Assembly: GCA_017446885.1 (NCBI GenBank)
Contig: JAFSOR010000021.1
Location: 2,550 to 66,549 of the forward strand
Source of the DNA: Spirochaetia bacterium
GTDB lineage: Bacteria > Spirochaetota > Spirochaetia > CADAEX01
DNA: 64,000 nt
Direction: 5' to 3'
Part shown: positions 1-10,232 of the stretch, in pieces
Layout of the letters: every line of letters begins with the position of its first letter
Numbering within the stretch: position 1 is the stretch's first letter
The notes under the pieces: generated by a model
Databases searched by the model: none
Told to the model about the DNA's origin: nothing
What the model saw: only the letters and a program-made list of their open reading frames with translations
Program-made: the position numbers and the translations under genes

Positions 1-105
1 GGCAATAATTGCATCCTTCTTAAGATCCAGGCGGTACGGGAAATCGGCAGCCGGAAGAAGCGATGCCAAGAATGTCATAAGAATGACAAACAGAAGTTTT
101 CTCAT
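1..105 (-). CDS. Partial CDS (N-terminus only, runs off window start): secreted/signal-peptide protein. Its start overlaps the panE stop by 4 nt (ATGA).
   Basis: Reverse complement of 1-105 reads MRKLLFVILMTFLASLLPAADFPYRLDLKK..., a hydrophobic signal-like N-terminus. ATG at 105..103 overlaps the panE stop at 104..102. Confidence 0.35.
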   Translation of the reverse strand, partial: MRKLLFVILMTFLASLLPAADFPYRLDLKKDAIIA

Positions 106-1061
106 GCGTTGACTATTTTTCTAAGGTATTTCTCTGCCTGCGGAGTAGGTACACCGAACTCCTGCCCATATTTGACAATAACGCCACCCAGGGCATCCAG
201 CTCCATGCGTCCTTTTCTGTTCTCTATATCAAGCTGGAGCGATGTCTTTGCGGCCGGGTCTATATGCTCCCCTATCCTCATGGCATAATCGATGTCGTAG
301 CTGTTCAGCACAACACCCTGCTTTGCCGCTATTGCAACAATCTCGTTCATGATGGCAAGTATGTCGGAATTGAGCTCAGGATCGGCCCAGGCCTCGTGTA
401 TAGTCTTTCCTGTGGCACCGGTAACCAGTGCAAATGGCGATACAAACAGGAACTTGCGCCAGATAGGCTCTGCAGGCTTATCGTTCCAATACAGCTTAAG
501 ACCCATATTCTGGAAGAAGGACTGAATTTCCTGTCCATCATAATCGGGCCGCTGTGGGTCCGGGCCAGAGTAGACCTTGACTATGTCGCCCTGAAGTTTA
601 ACTACGCCGGGGCACTCTATCTTGGAGCTTATGTAGACGCAGGAAGGGAGCACTATTGACTTGGGGACAATCTCCTTGATTCTGTCGTAGACATCGACAC
701 CGTTCATAAGAGGCATGATAACTGTATCGGAATTAATGCGCGGCTCAACCTGGCGGATGGCATCCTCAAGGTCATAGTTCTTGACTGCCAGCAGAAGGAA
801 GTTTATATAAGGAAGCTTAAGCACGCTGTCGGTTACCATCTTAGGAATGCAGACCACAGGTTCCTGCTTCCACAGCTTAAGAGTAAGGCCATTGGCCTTG
901 ATAGCCTCCAGGTGTGCTCCGCGGGCTATGAATGTAAGGTCCCGTTTGTCCCGCCAGTTGGTGGTGATGTTCAGGGCAAACATTCCGCCGAAGTATCCGC
1001 CGACACCGCCAAGTCCCATAACTACAATATTATTGTATGCTGCACTTTTATCCAGATTCAT
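102..1061 (-). CDS. panE: 2-dehydropantoate 2-reductase (ketopantoate reductase)
   Basis: 319 aa. N-terminal Rossmann motif VMGLGGVGGYFGG and overall ApbA/PanE-like sequence. Confidence 0.75.
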   Translation of the reverse strand: MNLDKSAAYNNIVVMGLGGVGGYFGGMFALNITTNWRDKRDLTFIARGAHLEAIKANGLTLKLWKQEPVVCIPKMVTDSVLKLPYINFLLLAVKNYDLEDAIRQVEPRINSDTVIMPLMNGVDVYDRIKEIVPKSIVLPSCVYISSKIECPGVVKLQGDIVKVYSGPDPQRPDYDGQEIQSFFQNMGLKLYWNDKPAEPIWRKFLFVSPFALVTGATGKTIHEAWADPELNSDILAIMNEIVAIAAKQGVVLNSYDIDYAMRIGEHIDPAAKTSLQLDIENRKGRMELDALGGVIVKYGQEFGVPTPQAEKYLRKIVNA

Positions 1062-1384
1062 TTCATGCCTCTCTGCATACTAAGATACAGAAAAATGCGA
1101 TATAAAACAAGCTCCACCAGACCGCCAAAACACAGGCAGAAATAAACAAGCAATCTGCTGCCAGCAATAAGGCACACCCGCTCGGTAGGTGCGCTCCCTT
1201 CGGGCCGCAATACCGACGGGCATGCCTTTTGCTGCCATTCGGTTACTGCTTTCACCTGCCTGGGTTTTGCGGCCAGCTTCCGCCTTGTCGAGGAAGCCCC
1301 TCGCTCAGTGCGAAACAAAGTACGGCATAGTATGGCCTTGTGTCTTTTACTGTTTTAGTGGTATCATCTTAAGCGGAGGGAACT

Positions 1385-2476
1385 ATGTATTTAGAACCTG
1401 GACAGAAGATAAGCACAACAATTATTTCTATCTCCAAGGACAGTGTGTTTTTGGATCTTAGCGCAAAAAGCGAGGGAATTCTTCCCATCTCAGACATACA
1501 GAACGAAGACGGCACACTGACTGCCCACGAAGGAGATTCCATAGAGGTCTATTTCATTGGCACAAAAGATGGAGAGATGGTCTTCACCACCCGTATAAGC
1601 GGTGACAACGCAGACCTTGCACTCCTGGAGAATGCATACAAGCACGGAACTCCTGTAGAAGGACATGTTGAAAAAGAAATCAAGGGCGGCTTTGAGGTCA
1701 CCGTAGGGGCGGCCCGGGCATTCTGTCCTTTCTCGCAGATGGGATACAGAGAGAAAAAAGAGCCCAAAGAATATGTGGGCAAAAGCCTTCCGTTCAGGAT
1801 TGTCGAGTTCAAGGAAGAGGGGCGTAACCTTCTGGTCTCAAACCGTGTAATCAGAGAGGAGGAGCACCAGCTGGAGCTCAAGAAGCTGGAGGGAGAGCTG
1901 GTTCCAGGGGCCAAATTTATGGCAAAAGTGGTGTCTCTCCAGAATTTCGGCGCCTTTGTGGAGGTAAATGGCTTCAAGGCCCTGCTTCCTATTTCCGAAG
2001 TTTCCAGGGAGCGGGTGGCAGACATAGCCGATGTACTTGCTGTGGGAGATGAGTTTGAGGTGCTGGTGCTCAAGGCAGACTGGGATCACGAGCGTATCTC
2101 CGTCAGCCGGAAGGCTCTTCTTGCAGATCCATGGGACAGCGCCGCAGAGAAGTATCCGGAAGGAACCAAGATCACAGGAAAGATAGTAAGAGTATCCAAT
2201 TTTGGTATATTTATTGAGCTTGAGAGTGGCCTAGATGGCCTTGTACATATCTCGGAGCTCGAAAATATAAGGCCTGGAACCAATATACAGAAACTGTATA
2301 AAATAGGTGACAAGATGTCCGTTACAGTAAAAGAGGTCAACCAGGCAGCTAGACGGATATCACTTAAGCCCTCCTCCTCGAAGGAGCAGGACCAGGAGGC
2401 CGCAAAGTATATGCAGGGTCAGAGCGATACAGAGACATATAACCCCTTTGCCCTGTTGTTAAAAAAGAAAAAATAG
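1385..2476 (+). CDS. S1 RNA-binding domain protein (short ribosomal protein S1-like, 4 S1 repeats)
   Basis: 363 aa with repeated S1 motifs (GxV...GxFVxL/V, e.g. NFGAFVEV, NFGIFIEL). Preceded by a plausible RBS. Confidence 0.75.
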   Translation: MYLEPGQKISTTIISISKDSVFLDLSAKSEGILPISDIQNEDGTLTAHEGDSIEVYFIGTKDGEMVFTTRISGDNADLALLENAYKHGTPVEGHVEKEIKGGFEVTVGAARAFCPFSQMGYREKKEPKEYVGKSLPFRIVEFKEEGRNLLVSNRVIREEEHQLELKKLEGELVPGAKFMAKVVSLQNFGAFVEVNGFKALLPISEVSRERVADIADVLAVGDEFEVLVLKADWDHERISVSRKALLADPWDSAAEKYPEGTKITGKIVRVSNFGIFIELESGLDGLVHISELENIRPGTNIQKLYKIGDKMSVTVKEVNQAARRISLKPSSSKEQDQEAAKYMQGQSDTETYNPFALLLKKKK

Positions 2477-2506
2477 TATTTACTATATTATATACAAAAA
2501 TTCATA

Positions 2507-3844
2507 TTGGAGAAAAAGATGAGCGATAACAGAGGTTCATTCACAAGCAGGATCGGCTTTGTATTAGCTGCTGCCGGCTCTGCCGTAGGTTTAGGAAACA
2601 TCTGGAGGTTCCCATATCTGGCTGCCAAGAACGGCGGAGGTATCTTCCTCCTTATTTACATTCTTCTTGTACTTACTGTAGGTATTGCCCTTATGACAGC
2701 TGAGATCACATTAGGCCGCAAGACAGGACTCAGTGTATGCAGCGCATTCAAGGCTCTGGACAAGAAGTGGGCTTTTGTCGGTGTACTGGGGGCTATAGTT
2801 CCAGCCATCATCCTTCCCTACTACTCTGTAATTGGCGGATGGGTCCTCAAGTACTTGGTAGTATACTGTGAAGGCTTTGGAGACACTGCGGCGGCAGACG
2901 GCTTCTTCGGCGGTTTTATCTCCAGCTCTGCCTCTCCTCTTTTCTGGTATGTTATCTTCATCGGTCTGGTGACTGTCATCATAATATACGGTGTGCGCAA
3001 AGGAATTGAGCGGGCCAGCAAGATTCTTATGCCCCTGCTTGTAATACTGACTTTTATCGTAGCAATCTACTCAATTTTCCTGCCAGGTGCTGGAGAAGGC
3101 CTTGTCTACTACCTCAAGCCAGATTTCAGCAATCTTTCCTGGTCTGGAGTACTGGGAGCCATGAGCCAGATGTTCTACTCCCTCTCCCTGGCTATGGGTA
3201 TCATGATCACCTATGGTTCCTATGTTCAGAAGAAAGAGAACATCGAGACTGCAGTCACACATATTGCTCTGTTCGATACAGCAATCGCATTCCTGGCAGG
3301 TCTTATGATAATCCCTGCTGTATTCGCATTCATGGGTCCAGAGGCATTGAATGCAGGTCCTGGTCTTATGTTCATCACACTGCCTAAAGTATTCAAAAGC
3401 ATGACAGCAGGCGGCTTCATAGGAGCAACATTCTTCATCCTGGTATTCTTTGCAGCACTTACATCAGCAATATCCCTTATGGAAGCAGTAGTGGCAAGCT
3501 TCCAGGACGAGTTCAAATTCTCAAGGACAAAGGCTATCATCGCAACCCTGATCATCTGTGTCGTTCTGGGTGTTCCATCATCCATGGGCAACGGAGCATG
3601 GTCAGGCTTCCTTATCATGGGAATGGACTTCCTCTCCTTCTGTGACTACATAAGCAACAACATCATGATGCCTGTTGTAGCAGTGCTCACCTGTGTATTT
3701 GTCGGATATGTGATCAAGCCACAGGCAATCATCGAGGAAGTGGAGCTCTCCAACACATTCAAGAAGAAAAAGCTGTTCGAGCTTTCCATCAAGTTCTTTG
3801 CACCAGTATGTATCTTCATCATCCTGGTATCCCAGTTTGTATAA
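2507..3844 (+). CDS. Sodium-dependent transporter, neurotransmitter:sodium symporter (SNF) family
   Basis: 445 aa multi-TM protein with the NSS hallmark GLGNIWRFPYLAAKNGGG near the N-terminus. Confidence 0.85.
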   Translation: MEKKMSDNRGSFTSRIGFVLAAAGSAVGLGNIWRFPYLAAKNGGGIFLLIYILLVLTVGIALMTAEITLGRKTGLSVCSAFKALDKKWAFVGVLGAIVPAIILPYYSVIGGWVLKYLVVYCEGFGDTAAADGFFGGFISSSASPLFWYVIFIGLVTVIIIYGVRKGIERASKILMPLLVILTFIVAIYSIFLPGAGEGLVYYLKPDFSNLSWSGVLGAMSQMFYSLSLAMGIMITYGSYVQKKENIETAVTHIALFDTAIAFLAGLMIIPAVFAFMGPEALNAGPGLMFITLPKVFKSMTAGGFIGATFFILVFFAALTSAISLMEAVVASFQDEFKFSRTKAIIATLIICVVLGVPSSMGNGAWSGFLIMGMDFLSFCDYISNNIMMPVVAVLTCVFVGYVIKPQAIIEEVELSNTFKKKKLFELSIKFFAPVCIFIILVSQFV

Positions 3845-3860
3845 AAATTAAGGAGCATAT

Positions 3861-5690
3861 ATGACTATCAGCGACATCAAAAATGCAAAAATTAAAGCTT
3901 GGATCGAAGAGATTGAAAAACTGTGCACTCCCGATGCACTCCATATCTGTGACGGCACCAAGGAAGAGTACGACACCCTTATGAAGAAGTGTGTGGACTC
4001 TGGTCTTGCCACTCCTCTCAAGAAGAAACCCAACAGCTTCCTGTTTCGGTCCCTTCCTTCTGATGTAGCCCGGGTAGAGGCACGTACCTTCATCGCTTCC
4101 AGAAAAGAAGAAGATGCGGGTCCTACAAACCACTGGATCGATCCAGTGGAGCTCAAGAAGACCATGACCAAGCTTTATACAGGCTGCATGAAGGGAAGAA
4201 CAATGTATGTGATTCCTTACAGCATGGGTCCTGTTGGCTCTCCTATCTCCAAGAACGGAATCGAAATAACCGACTCTGAATACGTTGTATGCAACATGAT
4301 TATAATGACCCGTGTGGGAAAGAAAGTACTTGATGCAATTGGACCTGATGGCGATTTTGTCCCATGCCTCCACTCTGTAGGAAAGCCCCTTGCCGAAGGC
4401 GAAAGCGACCATGGCATCTGGCCATGTGCCGACATGGAGAACAAGTATATCTCCCAGTTCCCAGAAGAGCACACTATCTGGTCATATGGCTCAGGCTACG
4501 GCGGAAACGCACTTTTAGGCAAGAAGTGCTTTGCACTCCGCATTGCCACAGTTCTGGCGCGGGATGAGGGCTGGCTTGCAGAGCATATGCTTATCCTTAA
4601 GCTTACAAACCCGAAGGGCGAGGTAAAGTATGTTACAGGAGCCTTCCCATCGGCTTGCGGAAAGACCAACCTGGCCATGCTTATTCCTAAGATTCCGGGC
4701 TGGAAGGTGGAGACAATAGGCGACGACATCGCATGGATGAAGTTCGGCTCCGACGGAAGGCTCTATGCCATAAACCCAGAGGCAGGCTTCTTTGGTGTTG
4801 CACCTGGGACATCGGAAAAATCCAACAAGAATGCTCTGGAAGCAGCCAGAGAAAACGCAATATTCACAAACTGCGCCCTTACCGAAGATGGCGACATATG
4901 GTGGGAGGGAATCGGCTACCCTGCCAAGGGCGACCTTATCGACTGGAAAGGGATTAAACGCCCTGCTCTGCCCAAGGATAAATCTCCCAAGGGCGAGGAG
5001 TTTGCACACCCCAATGCACGGTTTACTGCACCGGCAAACCAGTGTCCATGTATTGCACCGGAATGGGAAGACCCCAAGGGAGTGCCGATCTCTGCATTCC
5101 TGTTCGGCGGCCGGCGCCCTTCCACAGTGCCGCTGGTACACCAGGCAAGGGACTGGAACCACGGCGTTTTCCTGGGCTCCATAGTAGGTTCCGAGGTTAC
5201 AGCAGCTGTAATATCTGACCAGGTGGGCCAGGTGCGCCGCGACCCGTTTGCCATGCTGCCATTCTGCGGCTACAACATGGGCGACTACTTCCAGCACTGG
5301 ATTAACATCGGCAAGAAATCCACAGCCGACAAGCTGCCTAAAATCTTCTATGTAAACTGGTTCCGCAAGGACGATGACGGCAACTTTATGTGGCCTGGCT
5401 ACGGCGACAACTCAAGAGTCCTGGCATGGATATTCGACCGCTGCGACGGCAAGGACAATGCTGTGGATACAGCTATAGGCTATATGCCTAAGCCTGGTGC
5501 TATTAACACAGAGGGGCTTTCCGAGCAGGATAAGGCCAATATACCGGCCATAACATCTGTTGACAAGGAAGGCTGGCTTAAGGAAATCAAAGATATCAGG
5601 GAAAACCACTATCCTAAGTTCGGCAAGCATCTGCCTAAGGAACTGGCTGACCAGCTCGATATCTTGGAGAATAACCTTAAGAATATGTGA
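3861..5690 (+). CDS. pckG: Phosphoenolpyruvate carboxykinase (GTP)
   Basis: 609 aa. GTP-PEPCK kinase-1a loop FPSACGKTN and conserved FGGRRP region. Confidence 0.9.
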   Translation: MTISDIKNAKIKAWIEEIEKLCTPDALHICDGTKEEYDTLMKKCVDSGLATPLKKKPNSFLFRSLPSDVARVEARTFIASRKEEDAGPTNHWIDPVELKKTMTKLYTGCMKGRTMYVIPYSMGPVGSPISKNGIEITDSEYVVCNMIIMTRVGKKVLDAIGPDGDFVPCLHSVGKPLAEGESDHGIWPCADMENKYISQFPEEHTIWSYGSGYGGNALLGKKCFALRIATVLARDEGWLAEHMLILKLTNPKGEVKYVTGAFPSACGKTNLAMLIPKIPGWKVETIGDDIAWMKFGSDGRLYAINPEAGFFGVAPGTSEKSNKNALEAARENAIFTNCALTEDGDIWWEGIGYPAKGDLIDWKGIKRPALPKDKSPKGEEFAHPNARFTAPANQCPCIAPEWEDPKGVPISAFLFGGRRPSTVPLVHQARDWNHGVFLGSIVGSEVTAAVISDQVGQVRRDPFAMLPFCGYNMGDYFQHWINIGKKSTADKLPKIFYVNWFRKDDDGNFMWPGYGDNSRVLAWIFDRCDGKDNAVDTAIGYMPKPGAINTEGLSEQDKANIPAITSVDKEGWLKEIKDIRENHYPKFGKHLPKELADQLDILENNLKNM

Positions 5691-5699
5691 TCAGTAGAA

Positions 5700-6149
5700 T
5701 CACTGAGCTGTAAAAATATCTACAATCTCTTTAGGGGTCTTTGCGTTCAGAAGCAGCTTGCAGAAGTTGCTTGACCGTGTAAGGCGTGCAATCTCGGAAA
5801 GAGCCTCGATATGGGGGCCAGCCTGCTGCGGTGTCGCAATAAGAAGGAAGAACAGCTTGGAAGGCTCACCGTCTAAAGAGTCAAAATCCACACCCTCTGG
5901 CGAAACACCGATAGCAAGAACCAGGTTGTTCACCTTATGAGTCTTGGCGTGCGGAACTGCAATACCTTTCTCAAGGCCTGTGCTTCCCATATTCTCGCGC
6001 AGCATTACAGCACGGAATACGCTTTCTGCATCCTCAATCTTGCCAGCCTTCTTAAGGACATCCACCAGCTCTTTGATTACATCTGGCTTGGTCTTGGCCT
6101 CCAGCGGAATTTTAATTATATCTTCTTCGATCAGATTGACAACTGCCAT
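5700..6149 (-). CDS. ptsN: PTS EIIA (fructose/nitrogen-regulatory PtsN-like) domain protein
   Basis: 149 aa. EIIA-2 family pattern with active-site His context GIAVPHAK. Convergent with pckG with only a 9-nt gap. Confidence 0.65.
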   Translation of the reverse strand: MAVVNLIEEDIIKIPLEAKTKPDVIKELVDVLKKAGKIEDAESVFRAVMLRENMGSTGLEKGIAVPHAKTHKVNNLVLAIGVSPEGVDFDSLDGEPSKLFFLLIATPQQAGPHIEALSEIARLTRSSNFCKLLLNAKTPKEIVDIFTAQ

Positions 6150-6164
6150 CTTTCTCCTCCATTA

Positions 6165-6758
6165 TTATTGCTTCTTTTTAGAAATCTGATAAGTAAACTC
6201 AAACTCTTCTGCCACATTTCCACTGTTGTACAGGAGCGGAAGATGCATTATGCACTCTCCCCTCTGGCGGAAGTTGTTGGTGAACACAATATATCCTTTA
6301 TAGCTTTCACCAGGTCTTACCCTGACTATGTTCCTATACATGGTCTTCTTGGCCAGGCGGATCTGAGCAAGCTTATCTGAGCCTTTTGTGTTTTTCTGGT
6401 CTTCCAGCCTGGTCTCGAAATCAGATACAACTGCGGCTCTGGTTGCCTTTTCGCCAAAATAAAGCTCTGTCTCTCTGGAATCGTACTTAACTGCCATACT
6501 GGTCTTATTCTTTATCTCAACCTCGAACACCAGGGAATAAACAGGTGTAAGAACCCATTCCCTGTCGATATAAAGATTGTCATCTCCACGTCCATGGCGC
6601 TTTGCAAGGTCGCCTTCATCAAGATACTCGCACACTACAGTTATACCGTTTTTCTCCTGAATCTGCTTTTTATCGTTATCGACAACATGGTACTTCTTGG
6701 TGGCAAGACAGCTTGAAAAGCTTAAACATACAATTATAAGAACCAATAATTTTTTCAT
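6165..6758 (-). CDS. Putative lipoprotein
   Basis: 197 aa. N-terminus MKKLLVLIIVCLSFSSCLA has signal peptide plus lipobox-like FSSC. Confidence 0.5.
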   Translation of the reverse strand: MKKLLVLIIVCLSFSSCLATKKYHVVDNDKKQIQEKNGITVVCEYLDEGDLAKRHGRGDDNLYIDREWVLTPVYSLVFEVEIKNKTSMAVKYDSRETELYFGEKATRAAVVSDFETRLEDQKNTKGSDKLAQIRLAKKTMYRNIVRVRPGESYKGYIVFTNNFRQRGECIMHLPLLYNSGNVAEEFEFTYQISKKKQ

Positions 6759-6889
6759 ATTAATAAGTTTATATATTATTGACTATTTTGTAAAGGGAGA
6801 AATTTTTTTAAAAATTTTTAAAATTTTTTTCAAAAAGTTGAAGCAAAATTGATTTTTTTTGTGTAGTACAAGTAAAACTTGTCAGGAGG
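6759..6889. promoter_or_regulatory. AT-rich divergent promoter region between lipoprotein gene (-) and ssb paralog (+)
   Basis: About 130 bp of very low GC with T-runs. Contains TTGACT and TTGAAG -35-like hexamers. Strong RBS AGGAGG precedes the ssb start. Confidence 0.35.
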
Positions 6890-7336
6890 ATGTATATGAC
6901 AAACAATTTAAATTCTGTAATTGTAGAGGGAAATCTTACAAAGGACGCCGAATTTGATTCGACACAGAAAGGGACTGGATTCTGCACTTTCTCAGTGGCT
7001 ACCAACCGGTATTTCAAATCTGGCGAGGAGATTCAGCACGAAGTTTCGTACTTTGATGTTGAGGCTTGGGGCAAACTGGCAGACAGCTGCCGCGGCATGC
7101 TTACAAAAGGCTTTGGCGTGCGTGTTGTGGGGCGGCTTAAGCAGGACAGGTGGAACAGCGACGACGGCAAGGCCAAAAGCCGGGTCAAGATTGTGGCAGA
7201 GCACATAGAGGCAAAGCCTGTGACAGCCACCGAAAAAGAGGTAGCAGCCGATTCCGGTGCAGATGAAACAAAACCCGAGGCAAAGCCGGCACGCCAGAAG
7301 AAGGCGCAGAAGGAGAAAGAGCTTATCATGGCATGA
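6890..7336 (+). CDS. ssb: Single-stranded DNA-binding protein paralog lacking the acidic C-terminal tail (SsbB-like)
   Basis: 148 aa. OB-fold SSB N-terminus (NSVIVEGNLTKDAEF...VSYFDVEAWGKLA...QDRW). C-terminus is K/A/Q-rich (ARQKKAQKEKELIMA) with no DDDIPF-type tip. Confidence 0.75.
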   Translation: MYMTNNLNSVIVEGNLTKDAEFDSTQKGTGFCTFSVATNRYFKSGEEIQHEVSYFDVEAWGKLADSCRGMLTKGFGVRVVGRLKQDRWNSDDGKAKSRVKIVAEHIEAKPVTATEKEVAADSGADETKPEAKPARQKKAQKEKELIMA

Positions 7337-7403
7337 AAAAAGTCACCCCGAGGTGTCACGCTGAACCTGGTTCAGTGTGACGAAGGGGTGACATCATCAA
7401 AAG

Positions 7404-8321
7404 TTATTTTCTGATGGTCGGGTCAATGGTATCGCGCACCCAGTCTCCTAAAAGACACATGCTAAGTGTAGTCAGGAATATGGTCAGACCAGGGATTACC
7501 GCAAGCCACCAGTTGGTCATCATGTAGGCCCGGCCAAAGGAAAGAAGGCTTCCCAATGATGTGTCAGGAGGCTGGATTCCAAGGCCCAGGAAGCTAAGAG
7601 AAGTCTCTGCAAGAATCTTTGCAGGGAAGTTCAGGGTAAGCTCTACAATAAGGATGTTGGATACGTTAGGAAGAATATGCTTTGTGTAGAGCCGCACCGG
7701 GCTTGCTCCCAGCTGCCTTATGGCAACAGCATAGCCGTTGTTCTGGGCCGACAGCGCCATACCTCTGGAAAGGCGGGCATACTTATTCCACCCCTCTATA
7801 CCGAGCAGGAATACAAAGAACACCATGTTGTTTCCAAAGAAGGCGATAACCAGGAGGGCCAGAATCATGAACGGCAGCGAATACTGGAAGTCCACCAGCA
7901 TCATTATAGCCTCGTCCACCCAGCCCCGGAAATGGGCAGCCACAAAGCCCAAGGCTGTACCTACTATAGCTGTGATTATAGTACCGCAGAACGCAACCAG
8001 AAGGCTGGTCCGTATAGACCTGATAAGACGGCTTAAGAAGTCACGCCCCAGGGAATCGGTGCCCAGGAAATGGACAGTATCCTCGCCGCCGAAAATCTTA
8101 GGAATCGAAAGGCGGTGCGACAGATCCTGAGATTCGTAGTCGAATGGTGCAAACTGCTCCCAGAATACAGCAACAATGAACATGAACAGAAGCCATGCCA
8201 TGCACAGCATGATCATAGGAGGCACCTTGCGGAACACCTTCTGGAGCTTGGTCTCCTGTCCGACAACGCCGCTTAAAACTTCAAACTTTACTTTTTCATT
8301 CTTAACATTGTCGCTCATCAT
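7404..8321 (-). CDS. ABC transporter permease, OppC/DppC-like
   Basis: 305 aa multi-TM protein with BPD_transp_1 EAA-loop region. Last gene of the operon. Confidence 0.85.
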   Translation of the reverse strand: MMSDNVKNEKVKFEVLSGVVGQETKLQKVFRKVPPMIMLCMAWLLFMFIVAVFWEQFAPFDYESQDLSHRLSIPKIFGGEDTVHFLGTDSLGRDFLSRLIRSIRTSLLVAFCGTIITAIVGTALGFVAAHFRGWVDEAIMMLVDFQYSLPFMILALLVIAFFGNNMVFFVFLLGIEGWNKYARLSRGMALSAQNNGYAVAIRQLGASPVRLYTKHILPNVSNILIVELTLNFPAKILAETSLSFLGLGIQPPDTSLGSLLSFGRAYMMTNWWLAVIPGLTIFLTTLSMCLLGDWVRDTIDPTIRK

Positions 8322-9250
8322 TTGTCTCCTGCTGTAATTCTGATCCGTGGATCAAGAAGTCCGTAAGTAAAGTCTACCAGAAGGTTTGCAAGAACCATTG
8401 CCAAGCCCATTACTATAACTATTGCCTGCACAACCGGAAGGTCCCGGACTGCAACCGACGAAACCAAAAGCCGGCCTACTCCAGGCCATGCGAATACATT
8501 TTCTATAACCACACTTCCGCCGACCATGTGTCCTATACTTGTTCCTATTACTGTAACGATAGGAATAGCGGCATTAGGCAGTGCGTGCAGGTAGACCATA
8601 CGGTTCCTGTTGGCTCCCTTGGCCTTGGCTGTGATGATATACGGCTTGGAAAGGACATTGAGCATTGCAGACCGTGTGTAGCGGGCATAGGAGCCCATTC
8701 TGGTCATACCTATGGTAATCATAGGCAAGAGCAGGTGCAGCCAGGTGTCACTTCCTGCGCTGGGCAGCCAGTGGAGTTTCATGGAGAATATAAGTATGAA
8801 CATGATACCCAGGAAGAAGTTAGGCATGGAGAAGCCGAATACAGCTGCCCCCATGACAAACCGGTCTCCAAAGGAGTTACGGTGCAAGGCCGCGTATATA
8901 CCTAGCGGCAACCCCACCACAATGGAAAAGATTATAGACATTCCCATAAGCCATACAGATTTTGGAAGCCGCTGGCTTATAACCTCGAACACATCCCGGC
9001 CATCCTTGTACGACTGACCGAAATCGCCGTGGATAAAGTTCTTGCAATATACCCAGAACTGCTCCATAAGCGGCTTGTCCAGTCCCCATATCTGGCGGAA
9101 CTCGATATAGTCTTCTTCGGTGGCATCATCGGGCAGCATGGCCTGAGCCGGGTCGCCAGTTATTCTAAGGACAAAGAATACAAATACAACCAGAAGGAAT
9201 GTAGTTATGAAAGCCCTGAGTGTCTTGACTAAAAAGTATTTAACGTGCAT
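8318..9250 (-). CDS. ABC transporter permease, OppB/DppB-like
   Basis: 310 aa. Typical OppB N-terminus (LRITGDP) and EAA motif region. 4-nt overlaps with neighbours. Confidence 0.85.
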   Translation of the reverse strand: MHVKYFLVKTLRAFITTFLLVVFVFFVLRITGDPAQAMLPDDATEEDYIEFRQIWGLDKPLMEQFWVYCKNFIHGDFGQSYKDGRDVFEVISQRLPKSVWLMGMSIIFSIVVGLPLGIYAALHRNSFGDRFVMGAAVFGFSMPNFFLGIMFILIFSMKLHWLPSAGSDTWLHLLLPMITIGMTRMGSYARYTRSAMLNVLSKPYIITAKAKGANRNRMVYLHALPNAAIPIVTVIGTSIGHMVGGSVVIENVFAWPGVGRLLVSSVAVRDLPVVQAIVIVMGLAMVLANLLVDFTYGLLDPRIRITAGDK

Positions 9251-10232
9251 TTATTCCTTCCTTTCCTGTAACCAGGAAACAGGCAACCTTGTGGCCGCCT
9301 CCCATATCCACCAGTTCGGGCTCCGACTCAAGGCAGCGCGGTGTACATTTTGAGCATCTGGATGCGAACCTGCAGCCCTTGGGCAGGTCTATTGGGTTAG
9401 GTGGATCGCCATGCAGCATTATACGTTTGGCCTGGGCATCGGGTGTCAGCGACGGCACTGCCGAAATAAGGGCCTGGGAATACGGATGGAGAGTGTTCTT
9501 GAAAAGCTCGTCGCTCTCGGCCTCCTCCACTACCCTGCCCAGGTACATTACTATTATTCTGTCGCATACATGCTTTACAATGCGCAGGTCGTGGCTTATG
9601 AACATAAATGTCAGGTTAAGCTCTTTATGAATCCGCTTGAACAGGTTCACAACCTGAGCCTGGATAGATACATCCAGTGCCGATATAGGCTCGTCGCAGA
9701 CTAAAAGTTCGGGCTTGACTATAAGAGCCCTGGCAAGCACTATCCTCTGCCGCTGTCCGCCCGAAAGCTCATGGGGGTAACGGTCGTAGAAAATAGGCTT
9801 AAGGCTTACTGCAGCCAGCATATCCAGAACCATCTGCTTGCGTTCCTTAGGGTCGCCGATATTATGAATCTCCAGCGGCTCCATAATCTGCTTGCCCACA
9901 CACATATAAGGGTCCAGGGCTCCCAGCGGATCCTGGAAAATCATCTGCATGTTCAGACGGAGTGCTCTCCACTCCTTGGGTTTAAGGCCCGACATATCCT
10001 TGCCTTTGAAAAGGACAGTTCCCTTGGTCGGATGCTCCATATCCAGAACAAGCTTGGCGGTAGTCGATTTACCGCAGCCGCTTTCTCCTACGACACCAAA
10101 AAACTCTCCCTTGTAAATATCAAAGGTCACACCGTCAACAGCCTTGAGATACCGCCGCTTTGCAAACAGCTTGTCAGACTTAAGGGCATATCTTTTATAC
10201 AGCCCCTTGGCTTCTACAAGTTTTTCTCTCAT
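9240..10232 (-). CDS. ABC transporter ATP-binding protein, OppF/DppF-like
   Basis: 330 aa. Walker [10 protein letters not shown], signature LSGGQRQR, and Cys-rich oligopeptide-type C-terminal extension. Confidence 0.85.
   Translation of the reverse strand: MREKLVEAKGLYKRYALKSDKLFAKRRYLKAVDGVTFDIYKGEFFGVVGESGCGKSTTAKLVLDMEHPTKGTVLFKGKDMSGLKPKEWRALRLNMQMIFQDPLGALDPYMCVGKQIMEPLEIHNIGDPKERKQMVLDMLAAVSLKPIFYDRYPHELSGGQRQRIVLARALIVKPELLVCDEPISALDVSIQAQVVNLFKRIHKELNLTFMFISHDLRIVKHVCDRIIVMYLGRVVEEAESDELFKNTLHPYSQALISAVPSLTPDAQAKRIMLHGDPPNPIDLPKGCRFASRCSKCTPRCLESEPELVDMGGGHKVACFLVTGKEGINAR

Noticed and set aside
1058-1318. 86-aa minus-strand ORF in the GC-rich panE/S1 intergenic region.
   Set aside because: Arg/Ala/Gly-rich translation of a GC-rich hairpin-dense region, with no RBS. 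More likely non-coding structure than a protein.
5691-5699. Looked for a terminator between convergent pckG and the PTS EIIA gene.
   Set aside because: Only 9 nt separate the stop codons and no hairpin is possible. Termination must occur within the neighbouring coding sequences or rely on Rho.
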